NCBI GenBank assembly: GCA_038087875.1
Contig: JAXLNO010000260.1
Location: 124,001-188,000, forward strand
DNA from: Malacoraja senta
Taxonomy: Eukaryota
DNA length: 64,000 nucleotides
Reading direction: 5' to 3'
This document shows positions 13,439-26,460 of the stretch, one piece after another; position 1 is the first letter of the stretch; each line of letters begins with the position of its first letter. The translations under genes were made by a program, and so were the position numbers. Below the pieces are notes generated by a model. It saw only the letters and a program-made list of their open reading frames with translations. It was not told the DNA's origin and ran no database searches.

Positions 13439-15540
13439 CTAGGCTAAGTGAGACCCGTTGGGTCCCATGTTCACATAGGAGGGCTGGTCCCCCAACACAA
13501 TATTCCACCTTTCCACCAATTTCAATATTGGTGGCCAATTGGGGGGGGGGGGGGGGGGGCTTTCTGGAGCGTTAATATGGGTATTGTCGGTTGAAGGGAC
13601 TGGTTTCCAGAGGGCTAGTATGGACATTGTAGTTTCATACCATTTCATGCAGGGTGCAAAGCCACCAAATTCAAATGCAGTTTCATACCATTTCATGCAG
13701 GGTGCAAGGCCACCACATTCAAATGCAGTTTCATACCATTTCAAGCAGGGTTAAACCACCATAAAACCACACAAAACACCACACTTACAGTTCAGTAGAC
13801 AACAACCATCTACAACAACAACAATCAGTTTTATTCGTCACATTGCACATAAAGTGCAAGTGAAATGAATTTACCAGCAGCGGTACAATGAAAAAGAACA
13901 CACAAAAACGCACTAAAAATTTAACACAAACATCAACCACAGCATTCATCACTGTGGTGGAAGGCACAAAAATTGGCCAGTCCTCCTTCATTTCCCCCCG
14001 TGGTTGGGACCTCAACCCTCCGCAGCGTTCGCTGCGGGCGTCCAGATGTGCAGACAAGGTAAATTGTCCAGGCATGTCCTGAAACGGTGCCTCCCCACCG
14101 GAGACAGCAGCTTCAAGTTCGTGTCAGCCGCAGGCCGGCGTTCGGGGATTTAAAGTTCGTGCCGAAGCCAGAAGCACCGCAGACTGCAGGGCCGGAAGTC
14201 GAACCTCCCCTCCAGGGATCCCCGGCGAGGGACCCAGCTCCTGATGGTAAGTCGCCGCCGTGCCCGCGGTAGAAGTTGGCAGCGGGCTGGCGGTGGTGGC
14301 TTCTTCTTCTCCCCGGGTCCCCCACGAGGGATCCCAGACTGCGGACGCTGCGCTGGCCGGACCTCTGCAGACCAGCGAACGGTGCACTCCCTTCCGGCGA
14401 GCCCCGGTGAGGTCTCGCCCGCTGCACGCTGAGAGTCCACGCTGCTGAAGCCCCGGGCGTGTCTCCGGGAAAGGCCGCACTGATCCTTGCTGTTAGACCA
14501 CGGGGGAGGCAACATGGAAAAAGTCGCCTCTCTGTGGAGGATGCAACCGAAACGTTTTCCCCCTTAGCCCCCACACCACCCCCCCCCACAAGACACACCA
14601 AGAAACATTAAAACCATACATTAAAACATACTAAAAAAAACAAAAAAGTAGAAAAAAACAGACACGCTGCTGACAGGGCTACCGGCTTACAGCGCCCCCA
14701 CCAACCCCCATTCAGTGTGTTCAGTTGATTCACAGCTCAGACAGAGTCGTGACCACTCCCTCCCCCATCTTGCAGAGACTGAGCCACACCCGCACTTCTG
14801 GGTTTTATAATCCCTCCCCCTTCCCACCGGAAGGGGCGTGGCCTTCATGGCGTGATTGACAGGAGAGAGATTCTCAAATTTTTTTTAAACACTGATAACA
14901 CTTTTATTTTTCATTGATGGGAAGTATCCTCTGCAATTGATGAGCAGAGGGGGACTGAGTAAGACGGCCAAAAATCACAGCGGTAATTGGTAGCGTTTTA
15001 TCTAAAATCAATATACAGTGCAAACAGGAAGTTGAGCAGTTACCACCTCCAACAACCATTTGCAGTGCAGCATTTCAAAACAGTTACCAATGCGAACAAC
15101 CGTTTGCAGTGCAGCATTTCAAAGCAGTTACCACCGCCAACAACCATTTGCAGTGCAGCATTTCAAAGCAACCACATTTTCATTTTCCAACCACATTAAG
15201 GGCACCCACAGTTGAGTAGACATGTGTTCAGTGTTATTCACAGGTGAGAGAGATGTGACCCTCTCGCTTCCTGGATCTTGCAGAGACTGTGAGGCACAAC
15301 ACTTCCATTTTTTATAGTCCCTCCCCGTCCCACCAGCGGGGGCAGCAGAGAGAATGTCAACATTTTTAAAACATTAATAACTGTTTTATTTTACATCGAT
15401 GGGAAAAATCCTCTTGTCCTGCGCAGCGGAGGGGGACTGAGTAAGATGGCCAAAAATCACAGCCCTAAGTGGCAGCGCTTTTTCACAAATCATGAAACAG
15501 AAAGACAGGAAGTGGTCAAGATCTTACTTTTAGTAATGTT
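13439..15540 (-). mobile_element. Non-autonomous Helitron (two 5'-type modules, minisatellites, nested retroposon)
   Basis: Minus-strand 3' end GGGACCCAACGGGTCTC-ACTTAGC-CTAG|T; degenerate 5' end ATTACTAAAAG near 15535; shared modules with the other copies. Confidence 0.85.
13812..14700 (-). mobile_element. Non-coding retroposon, copy A, with a Rex1-type 3' tail; inserted in a Helitron
   Basis: T-rich leader, G-run, GC-rich body, conserved hairpin 13931-13966, tail aaattcatttc..gtgacgaataaa..(gtt)n. Confidence 0.7.
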
Positions 15541-15967
15541 AATATATATATATATATAAAATGCTACAGTGTGGCTGTGATTTTTGGCCATCTTACTCAG
15601 AGTCCCCCTCTGCAGCGCAGCACAAGAGGATTTTTCCCATCGATGATAAATAAAAGACTTATTATTGTTTTAAAAATGTTGAGATTCTCTCTCCTATCAA
15701 TCACGCCCTGAAGGCCATGCCCCTTCTGGTGGGAGGGTGGAGGGACTATAAAACCCAGAACTGTGGACTGCCTCAGTCTCTGCAAGATGGGGGAGCAAGA
15801 GGTCACAACTCTCAGTCTGAGCTGTGAATAACACTGAGCGCATGTCTACTAAACTGTGAGTGGTTTTACTGACCTGTGAGTGCCCTTAATGTAGTTTGAA
15901 AATGTAATTTGAAAATGTAGTTTGAAAATATAGTTTGAAAATGTAGTTGAAAATGTGGTTTGAAAAT

Positions 15968-16228
15968 GAAAAAGTGGTGTTGCCTTTGCCTTATTGAAAA
16001 GTGGTGTTGCCTTTGCCTTATTCAAAAGTGGTGTTGCCTTTGCCTTATTCAAAAGTGGTGTTGCCTTTGCCTTATTCAAAAGTGGTGTTGCCTTCGCCTT
16101 ATTGAAAAGAGGTGTTGCGTTCGCCTTATTGAAATGTGGTGTTACCTTCACCTTATTGAAAAGTGGTGTTGCCTTCGCCTTATTGAAAAGTGGTGTTGCC
16201 TTCGCCTTATTGAAAAGTGGTGTTGCGT
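15968..16228. repeat. 27-bp minisatellite inside a Helitron (about 9-10 units)
   Basis: Unit aaaagtggtgttgcctttgccttattg/c. Confidence 0.95.
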
Positions 16229-16542
16229 TCTATATAATTAAAAGTCTAATCTTAACCACTTCCTGTTTGCGCTGTATATTGATTTTAGAAAAAACGCTAC
16301 CACGTACAGCTGTGATTTTTGCCATCTTTCTCAGAGACCCCCTCCGCTCATCAGGTGCCGAGGATTTTTCCCATCGATGAAAAATAAAAGATTTATTAGT
16401 GTTGAGATTCTCTCTCCTGTCAATCACACCATGAAGGCCACACCCTTTCCGGTGGGAGTGGGGGAGGACCTATAAAACCCAGAAGTGTGGCCGTGGCTCA
16501 GTCTCTGAATGATGGGGGAGGGACCGGTCACGACTCTCTGTC

Positions 16543-16808
16543 TTTGGTGGCCTTGCACCCTGCTTGAAGCGGCAGGAAACTGCACTTGAATTTGGTGGCC
16601 TTGCACCCTTCTTGAAGCGGCAGGAAACTGCAGTTGAATTTGGTGGCCTTGCACCCTGCTTGAAGCGGCAGGAAAATGCACTTGAATTTGGTGGCCTTGC
16701 ACCCTGCTTGAAGCGGCAGGAAACTGCACTTGAATTTGGTGGCCCTGCACCCTGCTTGAAGTGGCAGGAAACTGCACTTGAATTTGGTGGCCTTGCACCC
16801 TGCTTGAA
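16543..16808. repeat. 48-bp minisatellite inside a Helitron (about 5.5 units; related units at 13628-13750 on the other strand)
   Basis: Unit tttggtggccttgcaccctgcttgaagcggcaggaaactgcacttgaa. Confidence 0.95.
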
Positions 16809-17139
16809 GGGCAGTTCAAGGAATAGCCGTGAGTCAACTGCCAGCCCACCAGCCGTGAGTGAGTGAGCTGCCAGCACAATAGGCTTGAGTGACTGAGCCG
16901 CCACCCCAAGCATCCATTCGGCCCACAATGTCCTCTGGAAAACAGTCCCTTTGGCCCACAACACCCATACTAGCGCTCCAGAAAGCCCCCCCCCCCACTG
17001 GCCACCAATATTGGAATTGGTGGTGAGGTGGAATATTGCGTTGTGGGACCAGCCCTCCTGTGTGAAGCTGGGACCCAACGGGTCCCACTTAGTCTAGTAT
17101 ATATATAAAGAAAAGAAAAAAAATGAAAATATCAGTGCA

Positions 17140-17400
17140 AAATTGTCTCCATGTCTATATAGTTCAGAGCTTATTTGGAGATTGTAGTGTTTAATAGACT
17201 GATGGTTGTAGGGAAGAAGCTGGTCCTGAACCTTGACATTAGAGTTTTCAGGTTCCTCTACCTTCATCCTGATGGCAGGAGTGAAATGAACGTGTGCCCA
17301 GGATGGTGTGGGTCTTTTATGATGCTGGCTGCCTTTTTTAGGCAGCGGCTCTTGTAGATCCCTTCAATGGTGGGGAGGTCAGAACCCTTGATGGACATCA
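17140..17400 (-). mobile_element. Rex1/Babar LINE 3' fragment
   Basis: LPTIEGIYKSRCLKKAASIIKDPHHPGHTFISLLPSG. Confidence 0.85.
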
Positions 17401-17579
17401 GTTTTCCTGAGAAATGCTTGCAGAATATTCTTGTAGTATTCCATCTGCCCACCTCAGCATCTGTTTTTTTTTTAATTTGGGGACTTCACTGTCTTCATTT
17501 CCTCACAAGATTTTCCTTCTACAGCCTTTAAGTTCATTGTCCCTGCATGGGCTGCTCTGATCTCTATGCTTGCATTAAA

Positions 17580-18215
17580 TCAAGAGGGCATATATACAAA
17601 AGCAGGGATGTAATGCTGAGGCTCTAAAAGGCGCTGGTCAGGCCGCATTTGCAATATTGTGAGCAATTTTGGGCATCAGATCTGAGGAAGGATGTGCTAG
17701 CTCAGGAGACGTTCCAGAGGAGGTTTACAAGAATGATCCCAGGAATGAGTAGGTTAACATGTGATGAGCGTTTGTAGGCACTGGGCTTATATTTGCTGGA
17801 GTTAAGAAGAATGAGGGAGGATCTCATTGAAACATACAGAATAGTGAAAGGCTTGTATAGAGTGGATGTGGAGAGGATGTTTCCACTAGTGGGAGAGTCT
17901 AGGACTAGAGGTCATAGCCTCAGATTTAAAGGATGTTCTTTTAGGAAGGAGATGAGGAGGAATTGCTTTAGTTAGAGGGGGGTAAATATGTGGAATTCTT
18001 TGCCACAGAAGGCTGTGGAGGCAAAGTCAGTGGATATATTTAAGGCAGAGATAGATAGATTCTTGATTAGTATGGGTGTCAGGGATAATGGGAAGAAAGC
18101 AGGAGAATGGGGTTAGGATGGGAGAGATAGATCAGCCATGATTGAATGGTGGAGTAGACGATGGGCCGAATGACCTAATTCTACTCCTATCACTGATAAT
18201 CTTATGATCTTATGG
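17580..18215 (+). mobile_element. CR1 3' fragment
   Basis: LELRRMREDLIETY..SRTRGHSL; CR1 3' UTR; (cttatgat) tail. Confidence 0.88.
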
Positions 18216-19662
18216 TCTACTCAAGATCTACAAGCAGATCTCTTTTGACTAGTCACTATAAAACTACTTTTAAGATAAAATACTGGAGAAACAGAGCTGC
18301 AGAATCTTAGCATCACTGCAGCCATTGGTAATTTATCACACTTAACAGAATTGACACAGGTAACCAATTTTTTTTGTGTAAAATATTTTAAGATGCACAA
18401 TTGTTGTTGATGATCTCCCAGAGGATCTAGGTTGAAGATGCCATGCAGCTCAACATCTGAATTAACATGAAGAGATACGGTTGCTGATGCTCTCTGGATT
18501 AATGATTGGTGTCATTTCTACTCATTCACGTACTCAGGTTCAGTAAGAACTTCCAGCTTCTACCCTTGCTTCTTAAATATGTTTCAAAGCTACAAAGGTG
18601 GCATTATTCAGAATTCAATTAACTGCCTATTTCAGAAAAAATGATTGTGCTGCCTGCATTCTGAAATATCCCAAACCTATGCATTTTATTATTTTTATTA
18701 GGTTTTATTGTTCTGGTAATTAAAGTTGACATTAAAGACCTCTAAAACTCTGGACAGAGTTAGCTATAATTAAATGTCTTGATGCTTTCTCTTAATCTGA
18801 AATTTATTCTGCAGGAAGAAATCCTTCTACCCTTTCACCTCTGCTTAGCACATAAATGTCTAATTGGCTGAATATAGCTTCATATTGTTATTCCTCTGTA
18901 ATGTGTCAATTATTAACAAGCTTGTCCACATTCTAATAACTTTAGGTGACGCTTTGACAAACCAAGGCTAGGAAAAGTAATAAACGCATAGAAGAAAATC
19001 CTGACTTTCCATCGGGGTATAGCATTTGTTATTTCATCATCCCTCAGAGATCTGCTTTATATTACCAATAAGAAAGACTTTATATTAAAGGCAGATAATA
19101 ATTATGAGAGAACCTCCAAACAAATTGCTTGAACAATTAACTTGTATTGCAATGCTAAATTCATGAATGTTTAATAGTCAAATATGTTACTGCAAGTAGT
19201 AAATTAGTCTCAATTTTCAGACAATCCACACTACAATATTATTTGGAATCTGATAGCAAATCTGAACATGGTGCATTTCTGGAGCCAAAGAGGTGCAATT
19301 GACATATTAGAAAAATGGATCTAATGAACCCATTCATCTCAATGAAATACATTGCTTTTATATTACTGATATGATTCCGCCATATCTATGTAACATTAAT
19401 CTACATAAATAAACTCCTCACTTCATCATCCTAGACATAGTTAGAAGAATGGATAGTCCAATATTTCCAGTTTTACTGTCTGTTGATAATTGACTGAACA
19501 GATAACCTGCATAATGTAACACTCAACTAGAATGAAAAACATACAAGTTTGACTAAGACAGGCAATCAGCTCTGTCAGATAACTGACTAAGAGTTCAGGT
19601 TACAAATCTATCCCATTGTTGGGGGTGAAGGTGGGATTTTAAAATGTTTACAATTCTGTACT

Positions 19663-19870
19663 TTAACACTATCCTACACACACGAGGGACAATTTACAAT
19701 TTTACCAAGCCAATTAGCCTACAAACCTGTACGTCTTTGGCATGTGGGAGAAAACCGGAGCTACCTAGAGAAAACCCCTGCAGGTCATGGGCAGAATATA
19801 CAAACTCCGTACAAACAGTATCTGTGGTCAGGATTGAACCCGGGTCTACCGCTGCTCCACTGTGCCACCC
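19663..19870 (-). mobile_element. HE1-like tRNA-derived V-SINE
   Basis: Reverse complement matches 38037-38315; B-box GGTTCAATCC. Confidence 0.8.
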
Positions 19871-22653
19871 ACGGTGCAGATTTAATTACTGCAATATAAA
19901 GGGTAATTGGTAAGAAGTACATGGCAGCTACAGTAAATAGAAATGCATTGTATCTACTTGGCACACAATAATCTGGTAAACTGACTGTATTTGATAAAGA
20001 GAACCTCCAGATTTAAGCACAACATTTCTGGTGAACTCTTTGCCCTTGAAAGGCTGTTAATTTGTAAGCAAACTGCCAAAAGAGTGTTTCTGCAGAGTAA
20101 GCTTGGGGTTCCCTGCTGTAACACTGATGGTCCATTCATATTACTGCAGCTGGCAATTTGGAACAGTGAAAGGCCTCTCCAAAATTAAATTGTCATAAAA
20201 TCAGATTAAACTGTCTTGAGCACCACAAGAACCATGGGAATCAATTTATTTGGCACGGTCAGTATTTTCAAGAATAATCATTGGGCAACAGCCATGGTCC
20301 TATAATGTAACAGTTAAGATCAGGAGAATGTAAAACCTTGAGATTTAAACAATGGATTTCCAAGAAATTCCATTTCCACACATTATTATAACTCAGCTTG
20401 AAATGAATAGCAGGACAACAGCAATAGAGCTGTTGAATTATATTTGTAATACAGCAAAATTCAGTGACAAATTTGTAAGTAAATAAACAGCTGCTCATTT
20501 TAAATGGTCACAGTACCTTTATTGAGGTTAATGTGAATTGGAATTATGTTCTTGTACTTGTGACTCATTTCCAAAAAGAATAATATCAATATCTGTCACT
20601 GATGTCAGTTTAACTGCTGCAAAACTATATGGGTGCTGTGGAAATTAAGTAAGCAAGAGCTACATCCTTCTGATGTGAAAAGACAAGGTGCTGGTATGAC
20701 TTTCAGATTTCCACCATCTGCATCGTTTTGATTTTCAATCATTTGATAGTTTTAAGTTTAATTATTATTGTCAAGTGTACTAAGGTGCAGTGAAAAGCTT
20801 TGTTTTGCATATTATTCAAATAGCTCAGATTAGATAATCAGTAAAGGAATCAGGAGTTATGTGGAGAAGGCAGGAGAATGTGGTTGAGAGGAATAGATAG
20901 ATCAGCCATGATTGAATGGCGGAGTGGACCTGATTTGCTGAATGGCCTAATTCTGCTCCTAGAACTTATGAACAATACTATACATAAATACAATCAAACT
21001 CATGTACAATAGATAAAACAAAGGCAAAGATACAAAGTGCTGAATATAGTTCCCAATAGTGTAACACATCGGTTCAATAGACAAAGGCATATGAAACATT
21101 TGTGCCATGAACTATTGCCAAAGTATCTAATCAGGAAACTGTACAGTTTTTGAGATTTTTTTCGAGAGAGGCAAGGATGAGATGTTATGCTGGATATCCG
21201 CCCAAAAACATTGGGTTGAGTCTATGAGGATGCATTATTAATCACAGGATTGGCATTCAGGTTGATGAACTGTTTAGAAAGGATCACAAAGTTAGGCAGC
21301 AAGGGGATCCAGAAGCAACTTCCAATTGGAGTCCATTGAGGATCTCCCCAAAGAATTATTCTGCTGCCAGGCAAATAACACAGGACTCAGTGAGTTACAG
21401 TGAAGCCTCCTGAGCAAGGAAATACATTTGTAGAGTAGCATCCCATTAACTGGAAAGTGCATTTCGGAAATAACAGGAACAATGGCAAACAACTTTATAT
21501 ATTTGAAAGAAGAAAATATATGCAATATGACTCTACGAGGAGCTTGAGAGAACCAAATTGGTCAATCAACAAAGCTTTAGTTCAACAAGATAAGTGGTTG
21601 ATTTTTGGGAAATGCAGTCATCATATCAATTTAAGGAAAATCAAAAGGTTTCAGATCCAGTGGTGGTACCAGTGTAAGATGTTAATGGGTTGAACTGGGG
21701 GAAAAGAAGTAAGTTTAAAGAGCAGTTGTATCTGTACTACAATCCAATAATAAATTGAGGAAGGTGCAATATAATGCTGGCTAGCTCAAGGAGCTAAAGG
21801 ATATTAGAATTTCTGGCTCTCAAATGGCCAAGAACCATAAGGTGTTACATTTATTAAAATCTGAGAATGAGCTGGCTGCAACACAATTGGAATGGAGCCA
21901 ATGTATAGAAGGGGAAGGTCAGTTCAAAGTAATCAATATTGTGGATGCTATGTTCAATTTGACTGATATAAATGCACAGTGAGATTCAAAGGTACTTATT
22001 AAACCAACGGTGGCAATTTCTGACACAATGACGTATAATCCCTTAATCTTTTAAAATGCATTGGCCTCTTTGTTAAAATGTGTTGCTTGCTATTATTTAT
22101 AGGAATTGATCAATTAGCTTCAGAAGCTTAAGCACATATTTGGCAACAAGTGCAAAGAGGCCTCGCCAGATGCCCTTTTGTAATAAAATGTCCCCTTTGG
22201 ATTGTCTCTCCTTCTTATGGACCCACTCACCTACTCACCTTTACCTTTTAGTAAAGGATTGAATATCTTCGTTAAAGCCTGACATCCTCATATTTATCCT
22301 TCGCCTTGTGTGCTTTGCACCATCTCCTGATTCCAATCATTGAGTGAGTGATGAATGGCACCAGTTATGATGGAAATCCTTTTGGGAGTCCTCCCAGCAT
22401 ATGTTATGTCTCTCCATTGTCTCTACAAAAGGAAGTAATACAATGACAAATATTTCAGGCTCACACATGAATAATAATTACTTGATGGAGGCATAAGAAG
22501 TGCTTTGGAAATATATAGCATTAAAGAATAAATAACCTAAAGAAAGCTAGAGTAGTAGGGGCTATGCTGACCCTCAATGCTGTTCTGTTTTTAATTAGAT
22601 CATAAGACCATATGATATAGGAGCAGAATTTGGCCATTCAGTCCATCAAGTCT

Positions 22654-23188
22654 AAGAAAGCTAATGGGATGTTGGCCTTCATAACAAGAGGATTTCAATA
22701 TAGGAGTAAAGAGGTTCTTCTGCAGTTCTATAGGGCTCTGGTAAGACCACATCTGGAGTATTGCATACAGTTTTGGTCTCCTCATTTGAGGAAGGACATC
22801 CTTGCGATTGAGGCAGTGCAGCGTAGGTTCACGAGATTGATCCCTGGGATGGCGGGACTGTCATATGAGGAACGATTGAAAAGACTAGGCTTGTATTCAC
22901 TGGAGTTTAGAAGGATGAGGGGGATCATATAGAAACATATAAAATTATAAAAGGACTGGACAAGATAGATGCAGGAAAAATGTACCCAATGTTGGGCGAG
23001 TCCAGAACCAGGGGCCACAGTCTTAGAATCAAGGAGAGGCCATTTAAGACTGAGAAAAAACTTTTTCACCCAGAGAGTTGTGAATTTATGGAATTCCCTG
23101 CCACAGAGGGCAGTGGAGGCCAAATCACTGGATGGATTTAAAAGAGAGTTAGATAGAGCTCTAGGGGCTAGTGGAATCAAGGGATATT
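22654..23188 (+). mobile_element. CR1 3' fragment
   Basis: KKANGMLAFI..LVRPHLEYCIQFWSP; FFTQRVVNLWNSLP. Confidence 0.92.
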
Positions 23189-24534
23189 CAAGATTCAAGA
23201 AGATTCAAGATTCAAGATATTGTGTCCCTGATAGGACAATAAAATTCTTGCTTTGTTTCAGCACAACAAAATATGGTGGCACGGGTTTTGAAAAAGTTGT
23301 CAATCTCAGTTATGAAACTTCAACTTGGATTAATCTTGATTATTAATTTAGTGTGAGAATTCCAGGTGTATGTATGTCAAAGTTACACAGTAACAGAGTT
23401 ACTGGGTCACAGAGAGGTAAAGGACCGAAACAGATCCTTTGGGTCACTGAGTCCACATTGACCATCCACTGCCATTTTTGAACTAATTACAATATAATAT
23501 GTTATTCTCCAATCATTCGCATCAACTCTCTCCAGATTTTTCCACTTGCCTACACAACAAGTGGCCAATTAAGCAATTAACCCACTCATCTTCAGGAAGC
23601 TTCCTGGCCACATGTGTGAATTCTCTTCTCTTCTTGTAAGTTGATGGAAATGGGGGTTTTCTATGAAAGGGTAAATATGAACCTAGAGTTATTTTCTTGC
23701 ATCTTTCATTTCTTCATTATTTCTAAAAATGTTTCACAAACATTGGAGTATTTTTTGATGAATAGACACAGCTGTCTCGTAGAAAAAACATGGCAGCCAA
23801 TTTGCAAATGGCTACATTCCAGAAACAGCAGTGGGATAAATGACTTGTTATTCTGTCTTTACTAGTGTTGATTGAGTGATAAATATTTGAATAGTTTCAG
23901 GAGATCTTTTATGTTCCTTCACAGACAAGGCTGGATTTAGCAATTTATCTAAATTTCAACAATATTGGCAATGCAAGTTATGGATCTCTGAAGTAGATTC
24001 ATGAAGGTACTTTGCTTTCATTTTGTAAGTATCTTGGAGAAGCTCATTAGGAATGGTCCAGAATGGGTCTCCCAAAACAAAGTAAATCCATTCATTCATT
24101 GATAGTTCAGGAAGTTTGGAATTTGACATGTCCATTGGAGGCCTTTTCATTCAGGTAGGATCAGAGTTGGAAGAAAATGACCAATACTCTCAGAACCTCA
24201 GGGAGACTGGGGCAAGAGCCAAATGAGGGGAGATTTGATCTCTTCCTTAAAGTACAACTCATTCTAATATTGATGCGTTGTACTGACCTCATTGGCAATG
24301 GCTATAACTGTTTTCCATTCTATACAAAATAACACTTCCAAATAGTTCAAATGCACTTGATACCACATTACTTTGAACAATAATGAAATCATCTGCAAGA
24401 ACTTGCAGTCTAACTACATGTGAGATGAAAGTAGCAACACAAGTAGAAAGAGTAGTAAGGAGAGCATAAGGTATGCTTGACATCTTCAGTTGGGAAGCCA
24501 TGTTGCAAATTTATATGACTTTAGGTAGATTGCA

Positions 24535-25500
24535 TATTGAATTGAATACATTTTATTAGCCAAGTATGTATACATACAAGGAATTTGCCTTGGTGCTTTG
24601 CTCACAAGGATATCAACATGATATACTGTAGTAGACAATTAAAAATAAAAACGTATTTAAACATATGAAGAATAAAATAAAATACCAGAGCAAAAGGAGG
24701 CTACAGACCTTTGGCTGTTGAGTAGAGCCACTGCTCGTGGAAATGTTGTTTTTATATCTGGCTGTGGCAGCTTTGACAGTCCCGTCGTCTCCCAGAGGGA
24801 AGTACTTCAAAGTTTGTGGCCAGGGTGAGAGGGGCCAGAGGTGATCTTACCTGCTCGCTTCCTGGCCCTTGCAGTGTAAAGTTCGTCAATGGGGAGGAAG
24901 GTTGCAGCCAACAACCTTCTCGGCTTATCGAATGATGCACTGCAGCCTCCAGATGTCATGCTTGGAGGCTGATCCAAACGAGACCATGTTGGAGAAGATG
25001 AGGACAGACTCTATGATGGCAGTATAAAACTGGACCATTATTGCTTGCGGCACATTGTGTTTTCTCAGCTGCCGCAGGAAATACATCCACTGTTGGGCCT
25101 TTTAGCCTGTGGAGTCGATGGTGGTCACCCATTTTAGGTCCCTGGAGATGATGGATCCAAGGAACTTAAATGACTCCACAGATGTGACTGTGGTGTTGCT
25201 GATTGTGAGCAAGGGGAGGGGGAGCTCTCCTAAAGTCTACAATCAATTCCACTGTCTTAAGGGCATTGAGCTCCAGGTTGTTGCGATGGCACCAGGACGC
25301 CAGCTGTGTCACTTCCTGTCTGTAGACAGATTCTTCCCCATCCTGGATCAGTCCAATCAGGGTTGTGTCGTCCGCAAACTTGAGAAGCTTGACAGAGTTG
25401 CCTGTGGAGGTGCAGTCGTTGGTGTAGAGAGAGTAAAGGAGAGGGAAGAGTACGCAGCCTTGTGGTGCTCCTATGCTGAGGGTCAGCAGGTCCGAGATGG
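24535..25500 (-). mobile_element. Rex1/Babar LINE, 5'-truncated and disrupted
   Basis: Minus-strand reading GAPQGCV..LYTNDC..LLKFADDTTLIGLI..WC.RNNLELNALKT; 3' tail aataaaa..(attca)n. Confidence 0.88.
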
Positions 25501-25527
25501 AATAAATTGAAATATATATGGAATAAA

Positions 25528-26100
25528 TTGCGCAGTTCTGGTCACCCTATTAAAGGAAGGATGTGGAGACTTCGAAGAGTTTTGCAGAAGAGGTTTACCA
25601 CAATGATGTTTGAATTAGCTGTAAGGATAACTAAGATTGTTTTCTCTGGAGTCAGAGATTGAGGGGAGACCTGATAGAAGTGTATAAAATTTGAAGAGAC
25701 ATCGATAGGGAGAAAGTCAGAAGTGCATTCTTAGGGTGAAAATGTCCAACACTAGAGGTAAGGTAAGAGGAGGAAAGTTTAAAGGAGATGTGCAGGACAA
25801 TATATTTTACATAGTGAGTGGTGGATGTCTGGAACACACAGGCAGGGGTGGTAATAGAAACAGATACGATTGTGGTGTTTCACATAAACAAATAGATATG
25901 CAAGGAATGGAAGGATGGATGATCAGCCATGATCATATTGAATGGCGATGCTGGCTCGAAGGGCCAAATGGCCTACTCCTGCACCTATTTTCTATGTTTC
26001 TATGTGGATCACATGCGGGCAGAGGAGATTAGTTTAACACAGCATTATGTTCAGCACATACATTGTGGGCCAAAGAGCCTGTACCTGTTTGTCCTATGTA
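25528..26100 (+). mobile_element. Old CR1 3' fragment with a younger CR1 3'-UTR piece (about 25915-26005) nested in it
   Basis: cagttctggtc..ggagacctgatagaagtgtataaaat; nested gatcagccatgatcatattgaatggc..ttctatgtttctatg. Confidence 0.75.
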
Positions 26101-26174
26101 TATGTGTCTATGCATTTCTGTGTGTGATGGTGCATGAGTAGGTATGTGTTTAGGACTAGGTTTATTATTGTCTC

Positions 26175-26285
26175 TGTGATGGACTGGGTTACATCCACAA
26201 CTCTCTCCAATTTCTTGTGGTCTTGAGCAGAGCTGTTCTCCAAACAACCTGTGATGCAACCCAACAGTGTGCTTTCTATGGTGTG
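26175..26285 (-). mobile_element. Rex1 fragment
   Basis: Minus-strand IESTLLGCIT..SSAQDHKKLERVV. Confidence 0.7.
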
Positions 26286-26460
26286 TGTGTGTATATATAT
26301 CTATGTGTGATGTACATCTACAAGGCTATGTATCAGTGGATTGGCTCTGAGTATTGTGCATATACTTGAATGTGTGAGTGTGTGGTGAGTGTGTGGTACG
26401 TGTGAGTGTGTGCGTGTGTCAGAGAGCAAGAGACGGAGAAAGATATATATCTATATACTA

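Larger units (their letters stand above)
15560..17097 (+). mobile_element. Non-autonomous Helitron
   Basis: Perfect hairpin TGGGACCC-AAC-GGGTCCCA (17069-17087) then CTAG|T (17094-17098); internal 5' end TCTATATAATTAAAAG at 16229. Confidence 0.9.

Noticed and set aside
14087..14601. Overlapping GC-rich ORFs here and at 35058-35617, 43638-44222 and 47843-48386 as host exons or CpG-island promoters
   Set aside because: Stop-poor GC-rich interiors of mobile elements; no recognisable protein motif or splice structure
15849..17078. Repetitive-peptide ORFs (KSGVAFALL, KRQETALEFGGLAPCL) and similar ORFs at 27855-28202 and 41625-42119
   Set aside because: Translations of minisatellites with unit lengths divisible by 3; several are open in multiple frames or on both strands
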